Part shown: one piece after another, positions 37,161 to 48,125 of the stretch
Position numbering within the stretch: the first letter of the stretch is position 1
How the letters are laid out: the number at the start of each line of letters is the position of its first letter
From: Bacteroidota bacterium
GTDB lineage: Bacteria > Bacteroidota > Ignavibacteria > UBA10030 > UBA8401
Length of the DNA: 64,000 nt
Direction of reading: 5' to 3'
Assembly: GCA_035505655.1 (NCBI GenBank)
Contig: DATJQP010000063.1
Coordinates: 34,757 to 98,756, forward strand
Made by a program: the position numbers and the translations under genes
Notes under the pieces: model-generated
Told to the model about the DNA's origin: nothing
Seen by the model: only the letters and a program-made list of their open reading frames with translations
The model's database searches: none

Positions 37161-38195
37161 TCAGCCCGCAAGCAATCTTGCGGCGGCCGCGGCCACGTCG
37201 GTCGTCCGCACATTCTTCATGCAATCAAACGTTCCAATCGGGCACTGAGAACCGCCGTGGATACTGCACGGCCTGCATGATAGCCCCTCACTCTCGACCA
37301 CGACATCTGCCGAACCGTAGGGCCCGAAGCCGAAGGCAGGGACCGTCGCGCCGAAGACGGCGACGACCGGGACCTTCATCGCCACGGCCAGATGCATCGG
37401 GGCGGTATCATTCGTGACAAGCAACGAAGACCGCCGGAGAAGTTCCGCAGACTCCAGAATCGAGAATCTACCCGCGGCGGAGATGACCCATCTGTTTCCC
37501 CCCTTCCCGGCGATCGCTGACGCGAGTTCGGCATCCTCTTTGCCACCGACACATACCACCTTGTACCCTCGTGCCACAAACTCTCCCGCGAGTTCGGCAA
37601 ACCGATCCGGGAGCCAACGCTTCGTGGCCCAGACGGAGCCCGGAGCTAGTGCGATGAGCTTCTCCCCGGGGGCGATCCCGGAGGCTACGAAGAATCTGTC
37701 AACGGCTTCGGCGTCGTTCTGAGAAGGATACATCGACGGAACTTCTCTTTCCCCCTCCCCGATCCCAAGAGGTGAGAGAAGTGAGAGGTTGCGTTCGATC
37801 TCGTGGATGTCCTTGCGGTACGGAACTAGGTGCGAGAAGAGGATCGATCCGGCGCTCGTGTCAAAGCCGATGCGGATTGGGATTCTGCTCAGCGCAATGA
37901 GAACAGCGCTGCGGATCGACCGATGCGGGACGATGGCAACGTCGTATCCTCCCTTTTTCAGCATTCGTGAAAGAGAGATGATCGGGGCATATCCGCGTTG
38001 ACGCCCACGCTTATCGTACTCAATGATCGACCGGATCGCCGGATGGTTCCTGAGCACCTGTGCGCCCCGGGGGGTCGCCACGAAATCGATCTCTGCTTCC
38101 GGGAATACTTTGTGAAGCCGTTGAACAAGGGGCAAGGTGAGGACAACGTCGCCGAGAAATGCAGTCTGGAGAATCAAAACCTTACGCGGCGGCAT
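37161..38195 (-). CDS. waaF: ADP-heptose:LPS heptosyltransferase (GT9)
   Basis: KVLILQTAFLGDVVLTLPLVQRLHKVFPEAEIDFV is a typical GT9 N-terminus. Confidence 0.8.
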   Translation of the reverse strand: MPPRKVLILQTAFLGDVVLTLPLVQRLHKVFPEAEIDFVATPRGAQVLRNHPAIRSIIEYDKRGRQRGYAPIISLSRMLKKGGYDVAIVPHRSIRSAVLIALSRIPIRIGFDTSAGSILFSHLVPYRKDIHEIERNLSLLSPLGIGEGEREVPSMYPSQNDAEAVDRFFVASGIAPGEKLIALAPGSVWATKRWLPDRFAELAGEFVARGYKVVCVGGKEDAELASAIAGKGGNRWVISAAGRFSILESAELLRRSSLLVTNDTAPMHLAVAMKVPVVAVFGATVPAFGFGPYGSADVVVESEGLSCRPCSIHGGSQCPIGTFDCMKNVRTTDVAAAAARLLAG

Positions 38196-39102
38196 CGTTT
38201 GTCCCTCCGGGAGAGTGCGCTTCGGGAGGTGGCGAGTGTTTCCATCGTTTGTGCATCCAGAGCCAATGATCCGGATACCGCGTTACGTATTCCTGGAGAA
38301 GCGCCACGTGGCGGATGGTGATCTGTTTGATCTTTTCGTCCTCTGTCCCGATCAGGTCATCCGTTTTGATCTCCCTGAATTCGACCGCGTAGTCGCCCGC
38401 CGGTTGACGAAGGATGAATGCCATAATGATCGGAGCCCCGGTCCTGAGGCTGAAGAGTGCCGGACCCCGGTGTGTGGCGGCCGGCCGGCCAAAGTAGTTG
38501 ACGAACAGACCCTCCTGCGGCCCGCTCTGATCTGCGAGCATCGCCACCACCCGGTTGTCGCGAAGAGCGGCGATGATCTCCCTCGGTGCTTTCGCCATTT
38601 CGACGACCGCATTGCCGAACATCGTGCGGTTCTTGTTCATAAATGCGTCGACGTAGTCGTTCCGCTGGCGGTGGAAAATGATTGTCAACGGATGACCGGT
38701 TAGGAGCCCCACGGCGATTGCGATGAGCTCCCAATTTCCGAAATGCCCGCCGAGCATGATAAGCCCCTTTCCTTCCTTCAATCGCTCGTCCATGAGGCCT
38801 GGATCGGGCATGGAGACCGCCTCCTTTACCCGTTCGGGAGTGAGCCGGGAAAACCAGAAAACCTCGAGGAGTGAAATAACCAGATTGCGGTAGGCTCCGA
38901 CTGCAATCGCGTTGATCTCTTCCGGCGATTTTTCCGGAAACGCGCTGCGGAGATGATTCAGAGTGAGCGTGCGCCGAATCGGAATGCAATGAAACGCGAA
39001 GGTCCCCAGCAGGGAACCAAGTCGATTCACTCCTCTCCACGGCAGCAATCGCACCATTGCTCCCAACGAAGCATAGAGGAAGTATTCAATCCTGTTACGC
39101 AC
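38182..39102 (-). CDS. lpxL: Lipid A biosynthesis lauroyl/myristoyl acyltransferase (LpxL/HtrB family)
   Basis: LGGHFGNWEL is the acyltransferase HX4E-like block; the overall LpxL architecture has an N-terminal TM. Confidence 0.8.
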   Translation of the reverse strand: MRNRIEYFLYASLGAMVRLLPWRGVNRLGSLLGTFAFHCIPIRRTLTLNHLRSAFPEKSPEEINAIAVGAYRNLVISLLEVFWFSRLTPERVKEAVSMPDPGLMDERLKEGKGLIMLGGHFGNWELIAIAVGLLTGHPLTIIFHRQRNDYVDAFMNKNRTMFGNAVVEMAKAPREIIAALRDNRVVAMLADQSGPQEGLFVNYFGRPAATHRGPALFSLRTGAPIIMAFILRQPAGDYAVEFREIKTDDLIGTEDEKIKQITIRHVALLQEYVTRYPDHWLWMHKRWKHSPPPEAHSPGGTNDAAA

Positions 39103-39175
39103 GGATCAAAAGTACGAAATGATTGCAGGAGAATCAAAGCACGGGAGAAGGATCGTTCTCCAAGATGGGCCAGGG

Positions 39176-39679
39176 TCACTCTTCGATCTTGGTTCGATAA
39201 TCCGTGGAGGGAGCGAGGACAAATTCCCGGTAGAAGCGCATGCTCCCCGCGAGCAAGACTCCTCCCATGACGTAGTACGGCACGATGAGGTAATCCTTCG
39301 GGAAGCTCGAATTTCGGAGGGAAATTCCGACAGTCATCATCAGCGCGATCATCGCATATCCTCTTGCGGCGGTGAAGGAAAAGAAATGCGCGCGCTCCGG
39401 CAAACCGGCGATCCGATCGATGTTTCTTTTCACGATCCGGGAGAATCCAAAAAGATAGGCGGGCGTCGCTAGGATGAGACTGGTCGCTCCTAGAACCCCG
39501 GCGGCATCCGAAGGAAGTGCGCTGAGCCAGATTGTTCCTCGATAACAGAGGATACTCCCGGCGATCGTCCAGAAAAGACCCGCGAAGAAATAGAGGTACC
39601 TTTTCTTCACTCTCGGGATCAGTCTGTGCACGGTCCTTGCTCCACGATTGAGATCAACCTCGATGATTTCCGCCGTCAT
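39176..39679 (-). CDS. Hypothetical membrane protein
   Basis: 167 aa with 4 predicted TM segments. No recognisable family motif. Confidence 0.4.
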   Translation of the reverse strand: MTAEIIEVDLNRGARTVHRLIPRVKKRYLYFFAGLFWTIAGSILCYRGTIWLSALPSDAAGVLGATSLILATPAYLFGFSRIVKRNIDRIAGLPERAHFFSFTAARGYAMIALMMTVGISLRNSSFPKDYLIVPYYVMGGVLLAGSMRFYREFVLAPSTDYRTKIEE

Positions 39680-39727
39680 GTCTCGTTGTTGCTCCGAGGA
39701 GATCGGAGAAACTAGCCGCGGCGTGTG

Positions 39728-40264
39728 TCAATGACCCGGGCCATCGTTCAGTTTCGCCGCGAAGGCCTTTCGGAACTTCTCAAGTTTGGGTCTGATGACA
39801 AAGAGGCAATACGGCTGAGCACCATGATCATTGAAGTAGTTCTGGTGGTATTGCTCCGCCGGGTAGAAACTCCCCGCCGGGACGATCTCAGTGACGATGG
39901 GGCCGTCGAAGGCACCTGATTCCTCCAGACTTGCTTTGAAGTGTTCAGCGAGCTTCTTCTGTTCTTCATCGTGATAGAAAATCGCGGACCGATACTGAGT
40001 GCCGACGTCGTTCCCTTGCCTGTTGGGCGTGGTGGGGTCGTGGGTCTTCCAGAAAACCTCGAGGAGATCCTTGTAACCGACTACGGAAGGGTCAAAGACG
40101 ATTCTGCACGCTTCTGCATGGCCTGTCGTTCCCGAACAGACCTCCTCGTACGTCGGATGCGGATTCGTCCCGCCGGCATAGCCGGACTCCACCGAAACGA
40201 CTCCTTTCAGTCGCTGGAACACCGCTTCAACGCACCAAAAGCATCCCGCAGCAAAGGTGGCCAT
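39728..40264 (-). CDS. msrA: Peptide-methionine (S)-S-oxide reductase
   Basis: ATFAAGCFWCVEAVFQRLKGV carries the GCFWC active site. The start was trimmed to the ATG at 40264. Confidence 0.9.
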   Translation of the reverse strand: MATFAAGCFWCVEAVFQRLKGVVSVESGYAGGTNPHPTYEEVCSGTTGHAEACRIVFDPSVVGYKDLLEVFWKTHDPTTPNRQGNDVGTQYRSAIFYHDEEQKKLAEHFKASLEESGAFDGPIVTEIVPAGSFYPAEQYHQNYFNDHGAQPYCLFVIRPKLEKFRKAFAAKLNDGPGH

Positions 40265-40294
40265 CTGTGAACCCGGTCGTTCTGCAGGCATCTT

Positions 40295-41557
40295 CTACTC
40301 CTTCCTTTTCGCCGACGATCTCTCCATTTCCAATTTCAGGGCGTACGCAAAGACCCCGAAGGCGCGAACCGCTTGCGATTGCGCGTGCACGGTCCCGACC
40401 TGATCGACACCATAACCCTCCTCGCCCCCTCTTGGGTTCCATCCGTTTCTGATTCCGTTGTCGTCGAGCCGGTGGAGAAGGACGTACGAGCCACCATGAT
40501 GATTCGACCAGACGTGCTCAAGCATCCTTCCGATTTTTTCCGGGATGTCGGAAAGAGAGTCGGGCTCGAGCATATACGCGTCGAGAATAAAATGGACAAA
40601 CGCTCCGTTTCCGTCCATCTTCAGCTGGAAATAATCCTCCGGGTCCACCCAACCGTTTGCGGGATCCATGATACGTCGAGCCGATAGCAGGGCCATTTGC
40701 AGGAACTTCGGATCGCGAGTGATCTTGTACATCTCAGCCACTTGTGAGAGGTACGAAGCCCCCTCCCACGGCAGTTGCTTGCCGAAAGCCGCGCGCCCGG
40801 GTTTTCCTTCCCACACCCCATCCCCTTTATAGAAGGTCTTCTCAATCCCCGGATAGGTAGCGTCCCCATTCCATGCCAGCATCGCATCGTTAAAGTACTT
40901 TTTCTCCTTTGTCGCCTCGTAGAGCATGCCGGCAACCGTCACCATTTGGTTGGTGTTGCTGTTCGTGATGATGAGATCATTGACTCCTGAGTCGGGCGCG
41001 TAGCTGTACCAGCTCCAGAAGCCCTCGTTGTGCGAAAGCCTTCCTTCCCCGCGCGCTTCGTCGTAGCGTGCCATGGCATCCTTCACCCATTCCTGATGCT
41101 TCCTGCCTGAGAACTCCCACCAGTAGAGTTCGGCCAGGCAAACCCAAGCCCGGTCGTCCACCCACGTTCCGTTGGCCATTTCAGTGAGCTTTCGCTCTCT
41201 CAGATACACGTCAAGGAGGTTGGGATCCCCCGTTGCTGCGTAGAGAAACGCTTCTCCGATCGCGCCGTTCGCCGCCTCCCACGCATCGTTGTAGACACGT
41301 TGAAAAAGAAAGTCTATCTCTTTTGCCCTTTCCACTGTGACCCTGTATTCTGCGTCCGGACTCAACGCCGGGGGACGTACATATCCCCCTCCCGTCTCTT
41401 GGTGTGTCGTTGGCACTAGCCGGCGGTTCGTCAACCAAAGGAAGATCGCGATAAGGAGGACGACACCTGCGAGCAAAATGAAAAGCCGGCGCCTTCCCGG
41501 GACAGCAGGAGTGGTCTGCGCTGGCCCCCTTGACTTCTTCTCTTTCGTTTTACTCAT
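40295..41557 (-). CDS. Membrane-anchored (alpha/alpha)6-barrel glycosidase-like protein (GH76/GH88-like); family uncertain
   Basis: N-terminal TM anchor. The periodic W/Y-rich helical hairpin pattern and VDDRAWVCLAELYWWEF resemble GH76. Confidence 0.4.
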   Translation of the reverse strand: MSKTKEKKSRGPAQTTPAVPGRRRLFILLAGVVLLIAIFLWLTNRRLVPTTHQETGGGYVRPPALSPDAEYRVTVERAKEIDFLFQRVYNDAWEAANGAIGEAFLYAATGDPNLLDVYLRERKLTEMANGTWVDDRAWVCLAELYWWEFSGRKHQEWVKDAMARYDEARGEGRLSHNEGFWSWYSYAPDSGVNDLIITNSNTNQMVTVAGMLYEATKEKKYFNDAMLAWNGDATYPGIEKTFYKGDGVWEGKPGRAAFGKQLPWEGASYLSQVAEMYKITRDPKFLQMALLSARRIMDPANGWVDPEDYFQLKMDGNGAFVHFILDAYMLEPDSLSDIPEKIGRMLEHVWSNHHGGSYVLLHRLDDNGIRNGWNPRGGEEGYGVDQVGTVHAQSQAVRAFGVFAYALKLEMERSSAKRKE

Positions 41558-41569
41558 TGATCGGCGTGA

Positions 41570-42559
<990 letters not shown>

Positions 42560-42614
42560 GAGATCTTCCTCGCGTTTACAAGTGGTGGATCGTTGGGATA
42601 CCCAACGGAATCGT

Positions 42615-42950
42615 TCAGCCTGTCACCCGATATCCGAGTTCGCCCATTCTCTTCGCGACCCGGCTCCTCTGGTCGCCTTGAATTTCGATGGTGCCATTCT
42701 TCACCGATCCCCCGGCCCCGCAATGCTGCTTCAGTTCGCGGGCGAGGTCCTGAAGCGTCGTCGGGTTATGGTGAAGCCCTGAGATCAGGGTGACAATTTT
42801 CCCCTTCCGCCCCTTCGTCTCCATACTGATCCGGACCGTTCGACCTTTCCCGTTATGGCGAAAGGGTTCGGTAGAGGCGAAAGACGGCTCCGGATCGGCT
42901 CCGGCACCGGAAGAAAGCCGCGCGAGATCGGAGAGAGAGTTCAGTTTCAT
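42615..42950 (-). CDS. yciH: SUI1/YciH-family translation initiation factor
   Basis: [19 protein letters not shown]...[30 protein letters not shown] is the SUI1 fold. Confidence 0.85.
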   Translation of the reverse strand: MKLNSLSDLARLSSGAGADPEPSFASTEPFRHNGKGRTVRISMETKGRKGKIVTLISGLHHNPTTLQDLARELKQHCGAGGSVKNGTIEIQGDQRSRVAKRMGELGYRVTG

Positions 42951-43345
42951 GGATGACTTCGTCGAAATCGATTCGATGGAGACGCCGGCGAGGACTCATT
43001 CTTTTTTACGAAGACGGCTCGCGCTTCTCGCCACCCCGATCGAAGGTGGACCCGCGGTCGTCGAAACTGACGTTTAACGAAAGTAGAAAAATCGACGCCG
43101 AATTGCAACGCGGAGCAGGCAGCGAGTGGACCGTCCTGCAGTAAAGTCATAATGGTCAGTCCGGAAGTTTGAAACCTTCAGAATCGTCGCAGATCGACCT
43201 CCGGCTTGATCATCGGGAGTCCATCTTCGGAGATCGCGAAAAGTCTTGACTTTAACACTCCCCACACGATCAGAACATTGATTCTCTTTTTCCAATACCC
43301 CATATTGGGTCACAGTCTGGATGGCAACCCATTGATGGAGGTCTT

Positions 43346-45076
43346 ATGCGCACTTTGCTTCTACTGGTAATCGGAGCCGGATGTCTGCTCATTGAATCCT
43401 GCACGCCTCGACCGTCGGCCGACCAGAAATTCGAATCGCTCGCAGACAAATACATCGAACGTTTTGTCGCGACAAACCCGGAGCTTGCGACATCGCTTGG
43501 CGATCATCGCTATGACACTCTCCTTTCGGATTACTCAGAGACCGGGCTGGAGGTGCAGCGCACCCTGGCTAAATCTTACCTCGACTCATTATCAGGTATC
43601 GACGACGCAGACCTTCAGCCCGTCAACAGCATCGATGCGAAGATCCTCCGCACGAATCTTGAATCGACCCTCTACGCCCTCGACACCTTGCGCGAAAACG
43701 AATGGAATCCTCTCGCGTACAATGTCGGCGGGGCTATTTACGGACTCGTGGCGAGAGATTTCGCTCCTCTTCGGGACCGGCTCGCGAGTGTCAAATCGCG
43801 CCTGACAAAGATCCCGGCCGTCATTGCGGCGGCGGAGGCCAACTTGAAGAATCCTCCAAAGATTCATACGGAAACTGCCATCCTTCAGAACGACGGAACC
43901 ATCGGTCTCATCAAGGATGATCTCGACGCCTATGTCGATCAGGTTCCCGAGATGAAGAAAGAGCTTGCCCCCGCCCGGGAAGAGGCGGTCAAAGCCCTCA
44001 AAGCCTACGGCGATTGGCTGCGCCACGACCTTCTGCCGAGATCGAACGGAGATTTCCGGCTCGGGGATCAGAAATTCAGACGAAAGCTGTTCTATTCCCT
44101 CGAGTCAAACCTTCAGAAAGAGGATATCCTCAAAGCAGCGGAATCTGAGTTGAAGAAGACTCAGGATGACCTGTACCTCTCCGCGCTTCCTCTGTTTCGT
44201 GCGTCGTTCCCACGGATCACCGACTCAACGAAACTCGCCGACCGTCCGATGGTGATCAAGGCCGTGCTTGACAAACTCGCGGGCAATCACCCGACGAATG
44301 CGAGCATCGTCGAAATCGCCAAGACAGATCTCAACAGCGCCACCGCTTTCGTCCGGACGCACAACCTCGTCTCGGTTCCGGACGAGCCGATTAAGGTCAT
44401 CGTCATGCCGGAGTACCAGCGCGGAGTCGCCGTGGCTTATTGCGACGCCCCCGGACCTCTCGAAAAGAACGGCGAAACATTCTTCGCTATCTCCCCGACT
44501 CCAAAAGACTGGACACCTCAGCGCGTCGAATCGTTCTTTCGCGAGTACAACAGCAGCATGATCCAAGATCTCGCGATCCACGAAGGGATGCCCGGCCACT
44601 ATCTTCAGCTCGCTCATTCCAACGCCTTTAAGGCACCGACGATGGTGCGCGCCATCTTTAGCAACGGGATGTTCGTGGAAGGCTGGGCGACCTACGCCGA
44701 GCAGTTCATGGCTGAACAAGGCTACGGCGGTCCTGAAGTAAAGGTCGAGCAATTGAAAATGCGGCTCAGGATCATCATCAATGCAATCCTCGACCAGAAA
44801 ATACACACCGCCGGCATGACCGAATCCGAGGCCATGGCGCTGATGATGAAGGAAGGATTCCAGGAGGAGGGTGAGGCGGCGGGAAAATGGCGGCGGGCAT
44901 GCCTCTCGTCGACGCAGCTTTCCACATACTTTGTCGGGAACACCGAACTCAACCTTCTCGCGAATGCCTACCGTTCGCGATATCCGACGGCGGATGACAA
45001 GACTGTCAACGACGCAATACTCTCCGTCGGGTCTCCGGCGCCGAAGTACATCCGCCAGGCCCTTGGGCTCCAATGA
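43346..45076 (+). CDS. DUF885-family lipoprotein (putative zincin-like metallopeptidase)
   Basis: Lipobox LLIESC. IHEGMPGHYLQL is the conserved DUF885 HE..PGH motif. Confidence 0.75.
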   Translation: MRTLLLLVIGAGCLLIESCTPRPSADQKFESLADKYIERFVATNPELATSLGDHRYDTLLSDYSETGLEVQRTLAKSYLDSLSGIDDADLQPVNSIDAKILRTNLESTLYALDTLRENEWNPLAYNVGGAIYGLVARDFAPLRDRLASVKSRLTKIPAVIAAAEANLKNPPKIHTETAILQNDGTIGLIKDDLDAYVDQVPEMKKELAPAREEAVKALKAYGDWLRHDLLPRSNGDFRLGDQKFRRKLFYSLESNLQKEDILKAAESELKKTQDDLYLSALPLFRASFPRITDSTKLADRPMVIKAVLDKLAGNHPTNASIVEIAKTDLNSATAFVRTHNLVSVPDEPIKVIVMPEYQRGVAVAYCDAPGPLEKNGETFFAISPTPKDWTPQRVESFFREYNSSMIQDLAIHEGMPGHYLQLAHSNAFKAPTMVRAIFSNGMFVEGWATYAEQFMAEQGYGGPEVKVEQLKMRLRIIINAILDQKIHTAGMTESEAMALMMKEGFQEEGEAAGKWRRACLSSTQLSTYFVGNTELNLLANAYRSRYPTADDKTVNDAILSVGSPAPKYIRQALGLQ

Positions 45077-45216
45077 CGGGCACGCTTGTTTGGCGGAGGC
45101 CGACGGGTTAAACCCTCGCGAACTTTTTCCCTCTAAGTAAGGAAAAGCTCGCATCAAAATCGGGTAATATTGTTTTCGCTGCAGCAATCGATTCCATCCA
45201 CAATCGGGAGAATTCT

Positions 45217-45579
45217 ATGAAACGTGCCACGGTACTTCTTTTTGGGCTCTTCCTCACCCTCAGCATCGTCGCATCCAATGCCTCCGCGCAGGGGATGATG
45301 CGGGCCACACCGGAAGAACGGGCGAAATCATTGAAGGACTCGCTCGGGCTCAATGATAAGCAGACGGATAGCGTCATCGCGATCTTCAAAGCGATGAATG
45401 TCAAACGACAGGCGGCGATGGACTCGGTCGACGACCGTGACGCCCGGAGAGACGTCATGATGAAACTGATGTCCGAGACCGACGAAAAGATCGAAGCGCT
45501 CCTCACGCCCGATCAGAAGACCAAGTACGAAGCGATGAAACAAGAGAGGATGGCCCGCTTCCGCCGTCCCCAGAACTAG
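45217..45579 (+). CDS. Periplasmic LTXXQ-motif protein (Spy/CpxP-like)
   Basis: Signal peptide. Two LTXXQ-like elements (LNDKQTD and LTPDQKT) sit in a helical, charged 120-aa protein. Confidence 0.55.
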   Translation: MKRATVLLFGLFLTLSIVASNASAQGMMRATPEERAKSLKDSLGLNDKQTDSVIAIFKAMNVKRQAAMDSVDDRDARRDVMMKLMSETDEKIEALLTPDQKTKYEAMKQERMARFRRPQN

Positions 45580-45693
45580 TGCCCCTTCCACCAAGTGATC
45601 TTGTTTCCAGATACGTACAGGGCCGCTCCAAACTGCACTCCCGCTCTTTCAGTGCACAACAGCAGTCTTTTGAAGCGACACTAGCGGTTCCAA

Positions 45694-45748
45694 CCCCTCC
45701 TCTGAACCCCGCCCGGCGGAGAGTTCAGAGGAGGGTCTGCTTCTTCCC
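45694..45748 (+). terminator. Candidate intrinsic terminator
   Basis: CCCCTCCTCTGAAC (45694-45707) pairs with GTTCAGAGGAGGG (45723-45735) across a 15-nt loop, followed by a C/T-rich tract. It lies downstream of the LTXXQ gene. Confidence 0.45.
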
Positions 45749-45878
45749 TCCTGAGAGACATCTGCCAGATCGACCATCGAAGCAACACGCGACGACTTCA
45801 ACATTTATCATCTTTTTTTCGTACGTTGTGGGCGCTAATCCGCGTTCATAACCCACGACCACCGGCGAGAGACCTGCC

Positions 45879-46964
45879 ATGCAAATCGGAATAGTTGGAC
45901 TCCCCTTTTCAGGAAAGTCGACCCTCTTCCAGACAATCACGAAAACGCATCTCGACCAAACCGCGCTCGCAAAGGCGGAAGCCCACCACGCGGTCGTGAA
46001 AATCCCCGACGCGCGACTCGACAAGCTCGCCGCCCTCTTCTCACCCAAAAGCACCGTTCATGCGGCGATCGAATTCGTGGACGTTGTCGGGCTGAAAAAG
46101 GGAGATTCCGGGTCGACCCAGTTCACGACAAACTTTCTCGCGAACGTGAAGACCAACGACGCGCTCGTCCAGGTAGTCCGTCTCTTCGCCAACGACGCAG
46201 TTTCGCATCCGGAAGGTTCGAACGATGCCCTCCGGGATATTGCCTCCTTCGAGACGGAATTCATCATCTCGGACCTCTCGATCGTTGAGACAAGGATCGA
46301 AAAGATCACCAAGCAGCTTCAGAAGATCCATGACGAGCTGCTGAAGAAGGAACTTCCCGTGCTCGAGAAATGCCGGGCGAACCTCGACAGGGAAAAACCT
46401 CTCCGTGACGTGGAGTTTTCCCGCGATGAACTGAACATCCTGAAAACCTACCAACTCCTTTCGCTCAAGCCCATGCTCATTGCATTGAATTTCGACGATG
46501 CCCAGTTGTCTTCATCCGGCGAGCAGGTGGAGGTCGTGAGGAAGAGCAAGTCGGGGACGAACACGAAAATCGTTTCATTCTTCGGGAAGATCGAGCTCGA
46601 GATGTCCGAACTTCCCGACGACGAGGCCGCAGCATTCATGAGCGAATACGGGATCAAGGAATCGGCACTCAATGCATTGATCCGGGAAGCCTATTCCTTG
46701 CTCGGGCTGCAGGCGTTCTTCACCGTCGGCGAGGATGAATGCCGTGCGTGGACGATCCGGAAAGGCATGAATGCCCAGGAGGCGGCGGGCGCGATCCATT
46801 CGGACTTCGTGTCGAAGTTTATCCGGGCTGAGGTCGTACACTACGATCACTTTATCGCCAACGGCGGGTCGTTCGCTAAAGCGAAGGAGACGGGTCACTG
46901 GAGGCTCGAAGGAAAAGAATATCCTGTCAAGGACGGCGACATCATTTCTATCAGACATAGCTGA
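45879..46964 (+). CDS. ychF: Redox-regulated ribosome-binding ATPase YchF
   Basis: GIVGLPFSGKSTLF P-loop, an Obg-like GTPase fold, and a C-terminal TGS domain. Confidence 0.9.
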   Translation: MQIGIVGLPFSGKSTLFQTITKTHLDQTALAKAEAHHAVVKIPDARLDKLAALFSPKSTVHAAIEFVDVVGLKKGDSGSTQFTTNFLANVKTNDALVQVVRLFANDAVSHPEGSNDALRDIASFETEFIISDLSIVETRIEKITKQLQKIHDELLKKELPVLEKCRANLDREKPLRDVEFSRDELNILKTYQLLSLKPMLIALNFDDAQLSSSGEQVEVVRKSKSGTNTKIVSFFGKIELEMSELPDDEAAAFMSEYGIKESALNALIREAYSLLGLQAFFTVGEDECRAWTIRKGMNAQEAAGAIHSDFVSKFIRAEVVHYDHFIANGGSFAKAKETGHWRLEGKEYPVKDGDIISIRHS

Positions 46965-47257
46965 TTCTTTTGCGACGATGAAGAACGGAACTAAGACCCT
47001 CATTTCTTGGCTCAAGGACGGATCAAAAATCGAAGAGCAAAAAAGAAAAATACAGAGTAAAGAGAAGAAACCCTCGCACATCTACACTTTGCGGGAACGG
47101 ATACGTCTAGGTTTTTGATTTTTGCCTTGCATTGTTCCTCTTTCCGTTTTGCTCTTTGATCTCTCCTCTGGCTCCTGATTGATCTTCACGCCTACCTTTA
47201 GTACCTTGCTGTTGCCAATTTCCCCATCACCAGAGAACAACCGAAGGAGGTAGAGCT

Positions 47258-48043
47258 ATGCGCTTGACGATCGTCATGTTGTTGCTTGTCGCGACCTCTC
47301 TCATGGAGGCAAAAGTCATCGGGACGCGTGTCGAGTATTCTGCGGGCGGAACCACGCTGAAAGGATACGTCGCGTTTGATAACACCTTCAAAGGCAAGAG
47401 ACCGGGCATCATCGTCGTCCATGAATGGTGGGGGAACAACGACTACCCGCGTCACCGTGCCGAGATGCTCGCCAGACTTGGTTATGTGGCGTTCGCCGCG
47501 GACATGTACGGCAATGGCACGGTCGTCAGCACTCCTGCGGAGGCGGGCAAATTGTCCGGTGAATCGATGAAGAATCCGGAGACGCTGAAAGCGAGATTTG
47601 ACGCAGCGGTCGAGGCTCTAAAGAAGGAAAAGCACGTCGACCCTGCACAGATCGGCGCAATCGGGTACTGCTACGGCGGGGGCGTCGTTCTTTCGATGGC
47701 CTCGGCGGGCGAAGACCTTAAAGGGGTCGTGAGTTTCCATGCGGGACTCGGCGGTGTCCCGGCTCCGAGCGGGAGTGGTGTGAAGGCAAAGATCCTCGTC
47801 TGCAACGGAGCGGCGGATAAGTTCAATCCCGAGCCGGTCATCAAACAGTTCAGATGGGGCCTCGATTCCGCCAAGGCGGCGTATACGTTCATCAACTACC
47901 CGGGCGCGATCCACAGTTTCACAAATCCTGCATCGACCGCCATCGGGAAGAAATTCAACATCCCACTTGCATACAACAAGGCGGCGGACAAGAAATCCTG
48001 GGCAGACATGAAGGAGTTCTTCGCGAAAGTATTCGCTCAGTAG
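47258..48043 (+). CDS. Dienelactone hydrolase family protein (secreted)
   Basis: Signal peptide. PGIIVVHEWWG and GYCYGG (nucleophile elbow) are DLH motifs. RBS AAGGAGG 7 nt upstream of the start. Confidence 0.85.
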   Translation: MRLTIVMLLLVATSLMEAKVIGTRVEYSAGGTTLKGYVAFDNTFKGKRPGIIVVHEWWGNNDYPRHRAEMLARLGYVAFAADMYGNGTVVSTPAEAGKLSGESMKNPETLKARFDAAVEALKKEKHVDPAQIGAIGYCYGGGVVLSMASAGEDLKGVVSFHAGLGGVPAPSGSGVKAKILVCNGAADKFNPEPVIKQFRWGLDSAKAAYTFINYPGAIHSFTNPASTAIGKKFNIPLAYNKAADKKSWADMKEFFAKVFAQ

Positions 48044-48060
48044 GATTCGGAGAGGAGTAA

Positions 48061-48091
48061 GCCTCGGACGAACTCGCAGGAACTCCGAGGC
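48061..48091. terminator. Hairpin between convergent genes (candidate bidirectional terminator)
   Basis: GCCTCGGA (48061-48068) pairs with TCCGAGGC (48084-48091) across a 15-nt loop. It lies between the dienelactone hydrolase gene (+) and the OMP gene (-). Confidence 0.4.
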
Positions 48092-48125
48092 TCCATGCGG
48101 GGAGAGCCTGCGATTGTCGACCTGG

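Noticed and set aside
36065-37213. 382-aa -strand ORF
   Set aside because: It is antisense to the PBP1A gene, which has unambiguous GT51 and transpeptidase motifs. It is Arg-rich.
44225-45187. 320-aa -strand ORF
   Set aside because: It is antisense to the DUF885 gene.
46771-47118. 115-aa Lys/Arg-rich ORF in the AT-rich spacer
   Set aside because: Low-complexity composition. It overlaps the ychF 3' end and has no RBS or start context. It is more likely non-coding promoter or UTR DNA.
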